A stretch of DNA of 64,000 bases. Source: an uncultured delta proteobacterium (GTDB taxonomy: Bacteria; Desulfobacterota; Binatia; JACPRU01). This document shows positions 1 to 9,492 of this stretch, piece after piece (positions within the stretch are counted from its first letter, which is position 1; each line of letters opens with the position of its first letter). The translations under genes were made by a program, and so were the position numbers. Where the stretch lies: the NCBI GenBank assembly GCA_963745025.1, contig CAVUWD010000007.1, positions 32,001 through 96,000 on the forward strand. Direction: 5' to 3'. The notes beneath the pieces were generated by a model. It had not been told where the DNA came from and searched no databases. It saw nothing but the letters and a program-made list of their open reading frames with translations.

Positions 1-55
1 TCACGGCGCGCTTCGCCGCGTGATCGACGTGATGCGGCACACGATTTCCGCGTGA
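1..55 (+). CDS. 3' end of a small SCP2-like/hypothetical gene, truncated by the window edge; probable paralog of 45999..46373
   Basis: Frame 2 reads HGALRRVIDVMRHTISA*, similar to the C-terminus YGAFRRMFQIMREHATN* of 45999..46373. Both lie directly upstream of paralogous hydrolases. Confidence 0.6.
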   Translation, partial: HGALRRVIDVMRHTISA

Positions 56-65
56 GGAGGACGCG

Positions 66-920
66 ATGGCAAGATTCGCCGACGTCACCGGCCGCTATCT
101 CTACGTAACGGTCGATGGCACCGAGTATCGCGTGTACTTCGAGGAGGCGGGTGCGGGGATCCCGATGATCCTCCAGCACACCGCGGGCGCCGACGGCCGT
201 CAATGGCGGCATCTCCTCGAGGATCCCGAGATCACCAAGAGCTTCCGGCTGATCGCTCACGACCTCCCGTATCACGGGAAATCGCTGCCGCCGGCGTCCG
301 GCGAATGGTGGAAGCGCGGGTATTCGCTCACGCAGGACTTCTTCATGAAGTTCATCGTCGCCTTCGCACGCGAGCTCGGCCTCGACCGTCCGGTCTACAT
401 GGGCTGCTCGATGGGAGGTCATCTCGCCGGTGACCTCGCGCTCCATTACCCGGAAACCTTCCGCGCCGTGATCGGCGTCGAGGGGGCGCTCGCAAGCAAG
501 GGCACCGACACGATCCTGCCCTGGTTTCATCACCCTCGCCTCTCGAACGAATCGAAGCCGAGCCTGATGTACACCCTGATGGCGCCGCAGAGCCCGGAGG
601 CGAGCAAGCAGGAGACCATCTGGATTTACAGTCAGGGTGCTCCTGCGGTCTTCAAGGGGGATCTCCATTACTACTCTCTGGAGCACGACTTGACCGAGAC
701 CGCGCACCGCATCGACACGAGCAAGGTGGCCGTCTACCTGCTCGGCGGCGAGTACGACTGGTCGGCCTCCCCGGCCGACGTGCGGGCGCTGGCCGACCGC
801 GTGAAGGGATCGCGCTTCACGGAGATGAAGGGTGTGGGCCACTTCCCGATGTCGGAGAACCCGGCGGTCTTCCGCCGCTATCTCATGCCGATCCTGGAGA
901 GCATCCGCTCCGCGCGGTGA
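66..920 (+). CDS. Alpha/beta fold hydrolase
   Basis: Nucleophile elbow GCSMGG, QHTAG in the oxyanion-hole region, catalytic His in GHFPMSENP; RBS gaggagg. Confidence 0.9.
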   Translation: MARFADVTGRYLYVTVDGTEYRVYFEEAGAGIPMILQHTAGADGRQWRHLLEDPEITKSFRLIAHDLPYHGKSLPPASGEWWKRGYSLTQDFFMKFIVAFARELGLDRPVYMGCSMGGHLAGDLALHYPETFRAVIGVEGALASKGTDTILPWFHHPRLSNESKPSLMYTLMAPQSPEASKQETIWIYSQGAPAVFKGDLHYYSLEHDLTETAHRIDTSKVAVYLLGGEYDWSASPADVRALADRVKGSRFTEMKGVGHFPMSENPAVFRRYLMPILESIRSAR

Positions 921-1115
921 ATCGCGCACCGTAGCGGCTTCCCGCTGCGATTGCGCCGCCGGCAGCCGCGCCCCTTGGTCCATCGCAACGCGAAGCGCCG
1001 TATCGCCTGCACCCCGGTTGTGCCTCCCGGCCGAACGTTGCTCGGCCTGCCCATCGAGAATTTCAAAACCGCGATCCGGCCGCGGGTTCCTCGCCAAACG
1101 GGGCGAACGATCGTG

Positions 1116-1144
1116 TTGACGGAACTCCTCGGCGCCCCTAGAAC
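1116..1144 (+). promoter_or_regulatory. Candidate sigma70 promoter for the glycosyltransferase (near-leaderless)
   Basis: TTGACG-N17-TAGAAC, 8 nt before the GTG at 1153. Confidence 0.4.
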
Positions 1145-1152
1145 CTGCGGGC

Positions 1153-2586
1153 GTGAGCGAAACCTCGGTGCTGCGCTGGCACGTGCCGGCCGCGGCGCTT
1201 GCGGCCATCCTTCTACGCCTCTGTTTCGTCTGGCAGCTTCCTTACCTCGAATCCGGAGATACGCCGGTCTACGAGGAGCTCGCGCGCAACTGGCGGGATC
1301 ACGGGATCTACGGGCTGGTAGTCGATGGGCGTCTCGTGCCCGCGGATCTGCGGACCCCGGGCTACCCGGCGTTCCTCGCGGCCGTTCATCGGCTGCTCGG
1401 CCCCTCGGCGACGGCGGTGATGCTCGTCCAGGCGGCCGCAGACACCCTGACCTGCTTCGTCATCGCGGCGATCGCCGCATTGACCGCGCCGGAGGCGACT
1501 CGGCGGCGCGTCGCCGTCGCCGCGCTCTGGCTTTCAGCACTCTGTCCGTTCACCGCAAACTATACGGCGACGGTCTTGACGGAGACGCTCGCCGTATCGC
1601 TGACGGCGGTCGCTCTACTGCTCGTCGCCGACGAGACCCCGTTCTTCTTCGCCGCCGGATTCGTCACGGGACTCGGCACGCTCGTGCGACCGGACGCCGT
1701 CCTCGTGTTGGTCGCGACGGCCCTCGTCTTCGCTCGCCGATGGTGGCGGCCGCGCGATTGGCGGAAGCTCGCACGCATGGGCACGCTGATGGGAGTGGGC
1801 TTGCTGCTTCCGCTCGCTCCGTGGGCCGCGCGCAATTGGGTGACGCTTCATAAGCTGCAGCTTCTCGCCACGCGTTACAGCGAGGCGCCGGGCGAGTACG
1901 CTCCCCGCGGGTTCTATGCCTGGACCTTCACCTGGCTCTGGCGCGTCAGCGACCTGGAGCGGGTTCCATGGAAGCTCGACGAGGAGGTCATCCGCGTCGA
2001 CGACGTTCCTTCCACGGCCTTCGATTCTCGCGCCGAGCGTGCACGGATCGCCGAGCTGCTCCGACGGTACAACCGTACGACGACGATGACACCCGCGGTG
2101 GATTCTGGATTTGCCGCGATCGCGGACGAGAGAACGGCCCGACACCCGTTGCGTAGCTACGTGACGATCCCTCTGCTCCGGGCCTGGACGATCTGGTTTA
2201 CACCGCGAGTCGACATATTACCGGTCTCCGGCTCGCTCTGGCCGATTCGCGCGGAATGGGGAAACGATCCGCCGGGCTACTGCGTAGCCGCGCTCTTCGC
2301 TTTGCTCGGGTTCTGCTCCCTGGCGATGGCCGCGACCGGCGCTTGGATCGCTCGTGGCCGCCGCGCGGCGGCGATCCTCGGTACGTTCGTCGTCGTCCGC
2401 ACGGTATTTTTCGCAACGGCCGCGCTCACGCCCGAGCCACGCTACGTGCTCGAGTGCTTTCCGGCCCTCCTCGCCTTGGCCGCGCAACTTTGGTCCCGTC
2501 CCCGAGCGGCAACTTCCATCGACGGATCGCGTTATTCTTGGGATGAAGCCGTAGGTCGCGCCAGAGGAGTCTCGGAAGGCGCGTGA
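1153..2586 (+). CDS. Membrane GT-C fold glycosyltransferase (ArnT/PMT-like, GT39/GT83)
   Basis: Multiple TM helices; D-x-x-x-Y (GDTPVY), RTPGYPAFLA, LTETL, RP and EPRY motifs. Confidence 0.8.
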   Translation: MSETSVLRWHVPAAALAAILLRLCFVWQLPYLESGDTPVYEELARNWRDHGIYGLVVDGRLVPADLRTPGYPAFLAAVHRLLGPSATAVMLVQAAADTLTCFVIAAIAALTAPEATRRRVAVAALWLSALCPFTANYTATVLTETLAVSLTAVALLLVADETPFFFAAGFVTGLGTLVRPDAVLVLVATALVFARRWWRPRDWRKLARMGTLMGVGLLLPLAPWAARNWVTLHKLQLLATRYSEAPGEYAPRGFYAWTFTWLWRVSDLERVPWKLDEEVIRVDDVPSTAFDSRAERARIAELLRRYNRTTTMTPAVDSGFAAIADERTARHPLRSYVTIPLLRAWTIWFTPRVDILPVSGSLWPIRAEWGNDPPGYCVAALFALLGFCSLAMAATGAWIARGRRAAAILGTFVVVRTVFFATAALTPEPRYVLECFPALLALAAQLWSRPRAATSIDGSRYSWDEAVGRARGVSEGA

Positions 2587-2675
2587 TCCGAGAGCCCGCA
2601 AGTAGCGTTGCGCTCGGGTGGCCGAACACGCCATGGTGTAGCTCCAGCCGCACGAGCCGGAGATTCGAGACGGCG

Positions 2676-2995
2676 ATGATCACTTGGCGACCCATCCTCC
2701 TCGTGGCAGCGCTCGCTGCGGGACCGATGGCGGCGTGTTCGGAGCTCACCAATACGGGATCAGACATGACGAGCCGCGGCTACCCGGACTCTAGTGACCC
2801 CTACTACGGCCGTGATCCCTACTACGGCAGCGGCGACAACTACGGCGAGGAGCGCGAATGGGAGACTCGCGCTCACCCGCCGATCAACTGCGCGCAGATC
2901 AACGACCGGCATGACCACTTCGACCGCCAGCAGATCGCCGAGATCGATCCTGCCAAGCACCCGAAGGCGCTCCAGTGGTACCGAGACGATTGCCG
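2676..2995 (+). CDS. Putative lipoprotein, apparently truncated or fused at ~2995
   Basis: Signal peptide with lipobox-like MAAC, followed by DPYYG twice. The sequence switches abruptly to HAD-hydrolase coding sequence near 3000; the end coordinate is approximate. Confidence 0.45.
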
Positions 2996-3014
2996 AACGC
3001 CGAGCGGCGACGGA

Positions 3015-3831
3015 CAAGAACTTCATCGTCTCCGGCGGCGGCATCGAGTTCATGCGTCCGTGGGCCGAGCAGGTTTATGGCATCCCGCCGGAACAGGTCA
3101 TCGGCAGCAGCGTCAAGACGAAGTTCGAAATGCGTGACGGCCAAGCCCGTCCTCGTGCGTCTGCCGGAGCTAAACTTCAATGACGACAAGGCCGACAAGC
3201 CCGTCGGCATCAACCAGCACATCGGGCGCCGGCCCATCGCCGCGTTCGGAAATTCCGTTGGAGACAAGGAGATGTTGGAATACACGCAAGGCGGCAGCGG
3301 CGCGCGGTTATGCTGCTGGTACTGCACGAGATGCGGCCGCGAGTACGCCTACGGTCCGGCACGAGGATTGCCACGCCAAAGGCGGTGCCTTCACGCAGGC
3401 GCGCACGAGCATGCGAACAAGGATCGCTGGACCGTTGTCAGCATGAAGGACGATTGGAAACAGGTCTTCGCGTTCGAACAGACCCCGGTACGGCCATTGA
3501 CATCTTGCTGGAGCCGGACGCACGATGCTCCAGCATTCCGAAGCCCACAAGGCGCTGCAGCGGTATTCCGAAGGACGACCTGGATGCGACGCACCGTCCG
3601 CACATCACGATGATCCAGCGTTTCGTCCGCACGGCGGACCTCGACCAAGTCTTTGCCGCCGCCGGCCAAGTTCTCGCCCGCGCCAATGTGACCGGCATGA
3701 AGTTGGAGGCCTTCAAATACTACTATATCCCGAGCAAGGACATTGGCCTCGCGGGCATTGTCGCGAAGCCGACGCCTGAATTGCTCAAGCGCAAGCGCAA
3801 CGCCGAGCGTGAGATGCAGAGCTGTCGCTGA
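3015..3831 (+). pseudogene. Frameshifted, 5'-truncated HAD-like hydrolase followed by a 2H-phosphoesterase-like segment
   Basis: Pieces in different frames: FIVSGGGIEFMRPWAEQVYGIPPEQVIGSS; DKPVGINQHIGRRPIAAFGNSVGD; REYAYGPA; WTVVSMKDDWKQVF; then TAIDILLEPD...HRPHITMIQRFVRTADL (HxT motif). Confidence 0.7.
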
Positions 3832-3839
3832 GGGTAAGA

Positions 3840-3907
3840 GGCTACGGGCCACGTGCTACGGGAAAGGTGCTGCGGAGTCTTTGCCTGTAGCCTGTAGCCG
3901 GTAGCCG
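3840..3907. repeat. Imperfect inverted repeat built from ~7-bp units (GCTACGG vs CCTGTAG/CCGGTAG)
   Basis: ggctacggg...gctacggg on the left, cctgtag cctgtag ccggtagcc on the right. Confidence 0.5.
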
Positions 3908-3940
3908 ACTTCTCAACGACTACTGCCGTGGAGATCGATC

Positions 3941-4909
3941 ATGAAGGCGATTCGCATCCATCAACCGGGGGGTCCAGAAGCGCTGAAGCTCGAGGATGTT
4001 CCCGAGCCGACAGCGGGTGCCGGGCAAGCCCTGGTCAAGATCGACGCCGCCGGCCTCAACTACATCGATGTCTACTTCCGTGAAGGCACTTACAAGGCGC
4101 CGCTTCCCTTCGCCCTCGGCCTCGAGGCGGGCGGCACGGTCGCCGCCGTCGGCGACGGCGTGACGGAAGTGAAGGTCGGCGACCGCGTCGCGTATACGGG
4201 CGTTCCCGGCGCCTACGCCGAATTCGCAGTGGCTCCGGCCGCGCGGCTCGTCGTCCTGCCTCCCGGCATCACCACCAAGCAGGGCGCAGCTGCGATGTTG
4301 CAGGGAATGACGGCGCATTATCTGGCGACGTCCACCTGGCCGCTGCGCGCGGGCGACACCTGCCTGGTGCACGCGGCGGCGGGCGGCGTCGGTCTGCTGC
4401 TCTGTCAGATCGCGAAGATGCGCGGCGCGCGAGTCATCGCAACCGTCTCCACGGAGGACAAGGCGAGGCTCGCTCGCGGCGCCGGCGCCGACGAGGTCAT
4501 CCTCTACTCGGAGCAGGACTTCGAGGCCGAGGTGAAGCGCTTGACAGGCGGCAAGGGCCTCCAGGTCATCTACGACGGCATCGGCAAGACGACGTTCGAC
4601 AAGGGCCTCGATTGCCTCGCGCCGCGCGGCATGATGGTGCTCTACGGACAAGCGAGCGGGCCTGTCGGCAGCTTCGATCCTCAGGTCCTCAACACGAAGG
4701 GCTCGCTCTTCCTCACTCGCCCGAGCCTCAACCACCACATCCTGACGCGCGCCGAGCTGCTGGCGCGCGCCGGCGACGTGCTCGGCTGGATCCGCGACGG
4801 CAAGCTCACGCTACGCATGGAACTCGAGTATCCATTGAAGGATGCCGCCGAGGCCCACCGCGCACTCGAGGGCCGCAAGACGACGGGCAAAGTGCTGCTG
4901 ATCCCGTAG
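3941..4909 (+). CDS. qor: NADPH:quinone oxidoreductase (zeta-crystallin/MDR family)
   Basis: [36 protein letters not shown] and KTTGKVLL motifs. Confidence 0.92.
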   Translation: MKAIRIHQPGGPEALKLEDVPEPTAGAGQALVKIDAAGLNYIDVYFREGTYKAPLPFALGLEAGGTVAAVGDGVTEVKVGDRVAYTGVPGAYAEFAVAPAARLVVLPPGITTKQGAAAMLQGMTAHYLATSTWPLRAGDTCLVHAAAGGVGLLLCQIAKMRGARVIATVSTEDKARLARGAGADEVILYSEQDFEAEVKRLTGGKGLQVIYDGIGKTTFDKGLDCLAPRGMMVLYGQASGPVGSFDPQVLNTKGSLFLTRPSLNHHILTRAELLARAGDVLGWIRDGKLTLRMELEYPLKDAAEAHRALEGRKTTGKVLLIP

Positions 4910-4930
4910 AGCGTGTAGCCGAGGGCCGGA

Positions 4931-5506
4931 ATGCTCGCCGAGCGGTGGACCGAGCTTCTCTGCCATCCGTCGACCCCCGATCGGACCGTTCGCGGGATCG
5001 CTGCGTTCGTGCGCCGCGCAGCGAGCGGCGTCCTCGACGTGAGCTTCCGCCTCGACGCAGAGGTGTCTCGCCTACGCGTTCCGGCTCCGAGCGTGCCGCG
5101 CATCGCCGCGCGGCTCTGGGAGCACACCTGCTTCGAGACTTTAGTCGCGATGGACGAGGGACCCGCCTACTACGAATTCAACCTCGCGCCATCGGGAGAG
5201 TGGGCCGCCTACGCGTTTCGTGATTACCGAGACGGTGGGCCGCTCGTGGACGAAGCGCTCGCGCCGTCGATCGCGCTGCGTGCGACCGAGGGCCGGCTGG
5301 AGCTCGACGCGGTCATCCGCCTCGACCGGCTCTCTCAGGCCCGGCCCCGTGCGTCGCTCCGGATCGGGCTCTCGGCGGTCGTCGAGGCGACCGATGGAGC
5401 GCTCTCCTACTGGGCGCTTCGCCATCCCGTGGCCAAGCCGGATTTTCATCACGCCAAAGCCTTCGCTCTCAGGCTCGAACCGGAAAGCGGGCAGGACCGC
5501 GGCTGA
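4931..5506 (+). CDS. DOMON-like domain protein
   Basis: LWEHTCFE, YYEFNLAPSGEWAAY and YWAL-H-KPDFH signatures. Confidence 0.8.
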   Translation: MLAERWTELLCHPSTPDRTVRGIAAFVRRAASGVLDVSFRLDAEVSRLRVPAPSVPRIAARLWEHTCFETLVAMDEGPAYYEFNLAPSGEWAAYAFRDYRDGGPLVDEALAPSIALRATEGRLELDAVIRLDRLSQARPRASLRIGLSAVVEATDGALSYWALRHPVAKPDFHHAKAFALRLEPESGQDRG

Positions 5507-5724
5507 GTACGGCCTCGGCACCTCGGCACTTCTCGCCGTCCGCGGCAACGATCCGTGGCCGCACACGTCGAGCGGATCTCGCGGGGCCGAGCCGAATGCG
5601 CTCGCGTGGCGCGCCCGCTGGAGCCACCCCTCGAGGAGTGCTAGCTGGGTGGGATGCTCGACCGGAGACGGGATCGCGACCAACGGGAGCGATCCGTGAC
5701 GCAGGCTCCTAGGCCTCGATCGCG

Positions 5725-6930
5725 GTGAGATTCGGCATCGATCGCCTGCTCGAGGAAAGCGCGCTACGCCAGCCACTCGCCGGCCGGCGCGTGGCGTTGC
5801 TCGCACATCCGGCCTCGACGACGCGTGATCTCGCACATTCGCTCGATGCGGTCGCCGCACTCGGCGAGCTCACGCTGACGGCCGCCTTCGGGCCACAGCA
5901 CGGGCTGCGCGGCGACAAGCAGGACAACATGGTCGAGTCTGCCGACTTCCTCGATCCGCTGCACGGGATCCCGGTGTTCAGCCTTTACGGCGAGGTGCGG
6001 CGGCCGACGGCGGCGATGATGGATCACTTCGACGTGCTGCTCGTCGACCTGCAGGACGTGGGCACGCGCGTCTACACCTTCCTCACCACGCTGCGATACG
6101 TCCTCGAGGAGGCGGCGGCGCATCGCAAGGCGGTCTGGGTCCTCGATCGACCGAACCCGGTCGGCCGTACGGTCGAGGGACTTCGCCTGCGCGAGGGATG
6201 GGAGAGCTTCGTCGGTGCCGGCCCGCTGCCGATGCGCCACGGCCTGACGCTCGGCGAGCTCGCGCGTTGGTTCGTCAGGCGGCTCGGCCTCGACGTCGAG
6301 CTAGAGATTGTCACCTTGGACGGCTGGGCACCCCAGCAGCGGCCGGGTTACGGTTGGCCACTCGGAGAACGCGCGTGGGTGAACCCGAGCCCGAACGCGT
6401 CGAATCTATGGATGGCACGCTGTTACCCGGGCACCGTGATGCTGGAGGGCACCACGCTCTCCGAAGGGCGCGGCACAACGCGGCCTCTCGAGCTCTGCGG
6501 CGCTCCCGATCTCGACCCGCGGACGCTCGTCGCGAAGATGGAATCACTCGCGCCCGAGTGGACGGCAGGCTGCCGGCTGCGCGCGTGCTGGTTCGAGCCG
6601 ACGTTCCAGAAGCACGCGGGAAAGCTCTGCGCCGGTTTCCAGATCCACGTCGAAGACGCGACCTACGACCACGAGCGATTTCGTCCCTGGCGTCTGATGG
6701 CGGCCGCCTTGAAGGCCCTGCGCATCCTGCAGCCGGACTACGAGCTCTGGCGCCGCTTCGCCTACGAGTACGAGCGCGACCGCCTCGCCATCGACCTCAT
6801 CAACGGAAGCGACTTGCTGCGCCAGTGGGTCGACGATCCCGTCACCACCGCGGCGGATCTCGACCGGCTCGCCATCGCCGACGAGGCGGCCTGGCGCGAC
6901 GAGCGCGAGGCGGTTCTGCTCTATCGCTGA
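5725..6930 (+). CDS. namZ: Exo-beta-N-acetylmuramidase NamZ family (DUF1343)
   Basis: FGPQHG, SLYG, DLQDVGTRVYTF, LDRPNP, RHGLTLGELA, NPSPN and SEGRGTTRP motifs. Confidence 0.9.
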   Translation: MRFGIDRLLEESALRQPLAGRRVALLAHPASTTRDLAHSLDAVAALGELTLTAAFGPQHGLRGDKQDNMVESADFLDPLHGIPVFSLYGEVRRPTAAMMDHFDVLLVDLQDVGTRVYTFLTTLRYVLEEAAAHRKAVWVLDRPNPVGRTVEGLRLREGWESFVGAGPLPMRHGLTLGELARWFVRRLGLDVELEIVTLDGWAPQQRPGYGWPLGERAWVNPSPNASNLWMARCYPGTVMLEGTTLSEGRGTTRPLELCGAPDLDPRTLVAKMESLAPEWTAGCRLRACWFEPTFQKHAGKLCAGFQIHVEDATYDHERFRPWRLMAAALKALRILQPDYELWRRFAYEYERDRLAIDLINGSDLLRQWVDDPVTTAADLDRLAIADEAAWRDEREAVLLYR

Positions 6931-7015
6931 GCGTCTCGAAGTCAGCCGGAGGCTCGCCCTATTTGGCCTCGTGCTTCCCGTCGCGCTGCGCTGCGCATCG
7001 CTGGTGCGATCGCGC

Positions 7016-8224
7016 TCAGCGACTCGGCGCCTCGAGCTTGAAGAGCCGCGCGGCATTGAGCCCGAGGATCTTCGCGCGCGATTCGTCGGACAGATGTCCC
7101 ATCTGCCGCTCCACCGCCTCCGCCGAGTGCGGCCACGAGCCCTCGTGGTGCGGGTAATCGTTCGCCCAGAGAAAATTGTCGACGAGGTCGAGCTCCTCGG
7201 TGATCGCCAGACCCGCGGCGTCCTCCTGGAACGAGGAGAAGCCCTGGCGGCGGTAGTATTCGCTCGGCAGCAGCTCGAGCTTCGGGAACGCCCACATGTG
7301 GTGCTTGCGATAGGCTTCGTCCATCGCCTCGAGCGCCCACGGCACCCAACCGATCCCCGCTTCGATCGTCGCGAAGCGGATCTTCGGAAAACGCTGCAGG
7401 ACGCCCGAGCCGCAGAGGTTCGCGACAGGCTCCATCGTCGGAGACAGCGAGTGCGTCACGTAATTCACGATGGCGCCGCCGTGCCCGCGGGCCGCACGCG
7501 GATCGCGGCCAGTCGAGACGTGGAACGTGATCGGCAGGTCGACGTCGGTGACTGCTGCCCAGAGCCGATCAAAATCCGGGAGATTGTAGTTCGGCTGATC
7601 CGCGTCGTGAGCTCCCCAGTATGGCTTGCAGGGGAGCGTGAGCCCGCGAAAGCCCGCCTTCGCGGCCCACTCGATCTCGGCAAGCGCACCGGCTTGGTCG
7701 GCGGGCGAGATCGCCGCCATCGGCACGATGCGGCCCGGGTAGCCGCCGAGCGCATCGATCACCCAGCGATTGTAGGCGCGGCACATCGCCGAGGCGAACT
7801 TCGGATCGGCCGTCGCCCAGATGAGGAGACCCTTCCCCGGAAAGACGATCTCGACGTCGACTCCGTCGCGGGTGTGATCGCGGATGCGCGCCTCGGCGGT
7901 CGCGCCGGCCGCCGAGCGCACACGATCCTCCGCCGCCATCCGGTTCTCCGCGAGATTCGTCCGCAGGCGCTGCGGCCGCCAGCCCTCGCTCACCAGCCAG
8001 CGCTCGCCGTCCGCATCGACTTTGATGTGCGGCAGGCGATCGCGACACTCGGGCTCGATCCGCACCGAGAGATAGTCGTTCGGCTCGTTCGCATGGCAAT
8101 CGGCCGACACCATGAAGTATTTGTTCGGGTCACCCGGCCGCGCCGTCCGCGGCCAGCCTGCGATTCCCGGCGTCGCAAGACGCCAGGCATTCGCCTCATC
8201 CGCCGTCGAAACCGGTCCGTTCAC
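7016..8224 (-). CDS. Amidohydrolase_2 family protein
   Basis: SADCH, FH, EAGIGWVP and WANDYPHHEGSWP motifs; RBS aaggagg before the GTG at 8224. Confidence 0.88.
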   Translation of the reverse strand: MNGPVSTADEANAWRLATPGIAGWPRTARPGDPNKYFMVSADCHANEPNDYLSVRIEPECRDRLPHIKVDADGERWLVSEGWRPQRLRTNLAENRMAAEDRVRSAAGATAEARIRDHTRDGVDVEIVFPGKGLLIWATADPKFASAMCRAYNRWVIDALGGYPGRIVPMAAISPADQAGALAEIEWAAKAGFRGLTLPCKPYWGAHDADQPNYNLPDFDRLWAAVTDVDLPITFHVSTGRDPRAARGHGGAIVNYVTHSLSPTMEPVANLCGSGVLQRFPKIRFATIEAGIGWVPWALEAMDEAYRKHHMWAFPKLELLPSEYYRRQGFSSFQEDAAGLAITEELDLVDNFLWANDYPHHEGSWPHSAEAVERQMGHLSDESRAKILGLNAARLFKLEAPSR

Positions 8225-8507
8225 TACGCTCCTCCTTCGATCTGCCACTGCACGAGCGTGTAGGGGCGGTCGGCGTCCAGGTGATCCTCGAAGACCGCCC
8301 TTGTCGCTATAGCAGAGCCCCCCGCTTTGGAGGAGCGGGCCGGGTATCGGGCCGGTGATCGAGGCGCCGATCGACTCGACGTTGCCAGTACTTTTCGCGA
8401 CGTCTTGGATCTCGTTCGGCTGAGCCCCCAGGAGTCCCTGAGGAAGCCTAGGCGCGCAGGTGAATCCGTTGACGCGGCTGCGAAGCAGCGTAAAAGAGGC
8501 ATAGCCC

Positions 8508-9443
8508 GTGAGCCCGTTCGTGATCGGCGAGATCCTCGCGCTGTCCGGTTTTCTCGCCTGCGCCCTTTACGTCCACTACCGCGGGCGAGACCGGCTCTCC
8601 GTCCGCCGTCAAGTGACCGACCATTCGACCTTTCTCGCGCCCTACAACTGTCTCGTCTATCTCTTCTCGGCCGTGCCGACGAAGCCGATCCTCGATGCCG
8701 GGAGCTTCCCTGCGCTGCGGCCGCTCCGCGACCACTGGAAGACCATCCGCGAGGAGGCCCAGCGGCTCTTCGAGACGGGCCGCATACGCGGTTCGGACCG
8801 TCACGACGACTTGGGATTCAACACCTTCTTCCGCAAGGGCTGGAAGCGCTTCTACCTCAAGTGGTACGGCGAGCCGCTGCCGTCGGCACGAGAGCTCTGC
8901 CCGCGCACGGTCGAGCTGCTGCGCTCGATCCCGTCGGTGCACGGCGCGATGTTCGCGCTCATGGCACCACAAAGCGCGGTCGGGAAGCACCGCGACCCGT
9001 TCGCCGGCTCGCTTCGCTATCACCTGGGCCTCGTCACGCCGAACTCGGACGAGTGCCGAATCTTCATCGACGGGAACCAGTACTCCTGGCGCGACGGCGA
9101 GGATCTCGTGTTCGACGAGACCTACGTCCACCACTTCGAGAACCGCACGGACCAAACGCGCATCATCCTGTTCTGCGACTTCGAACGTCCGATCCGGAAC
9201 CCCGTGATGCGGGCCTTGAACCAGTGGGTGATGGCTAGAGTTCTGCCGCTCACCGCGACCAAGAACCTCGAGGGCGAAGAGGTCGGTCTCGCCAACCGTG
9301 TGTTCGCCGTGCTCTACCCGGCGCGCGCTCCCTTCCGCAGATTCAAGAAGGCGCACCGCCAGCTCTACTACGTGCTCAAATACGCGGGCATGGTCGCGAC
9401 CGTCGGGCTCGCCATGGCCGGCGGCTACTGGATGTTCCGGTGA
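8508..9443 (+). CDS. lpxO: Aspartyl/asparaginyl beta-hydroxylase family, lipid A hydroxylase LpxO-like
   Basis: GWKRFYLKWY, HRDPFAGSLRYHLGL and FDETYVH motifs; N- and C-terminal TM anchors. Confidence 0.85.
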   Translation: MSPFVIGEILALSGFLACALYVHYRGRDRLSVRRQVTDHSTFLAPYNCLVYLFSAVPTKPILDAGSFPALRPLRDHWKTIREEAQRLFETGRIRGSDRHDDLGFNTFFRKGWKRFYLKWYGEPLPSARELCPRTVELLRSIPSVHGAMFALMAPQSAVGKHRDPFAGSLRYHLGLVTPNSDECRIFIDGNQYSWRDGEDLVFDETYVHHFENRTDQTRIILFCDFERPIRNPVMRALNQWVMARVLPLTATKNLEGEEVGLANRVFAVLYPARAPFRRFKKAHRQLYYVLKYAGMVATVGLAMAGGYWMFR

Positions 9444-9492
9444 TCGGGATTAACGGGAACGCAACGGCAACTACGGGCTCTCGAGGCGAATC

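Noticed and set aside
2796-2828. Direct repeat GAYCCCTACTACGGC twice, considered as a CRISPR-like repeat
   Set aside because: Only two 15-bp copies, in frame (DPYYG), with no spacers or cas genes.
4931-5506. DOMON-like protein as the missing heme-b gamma subunit of the molybdoenzyme
   Set aside because: It is 45 kb away, matches a different DOMON-like subfamily and sits next to namZ.
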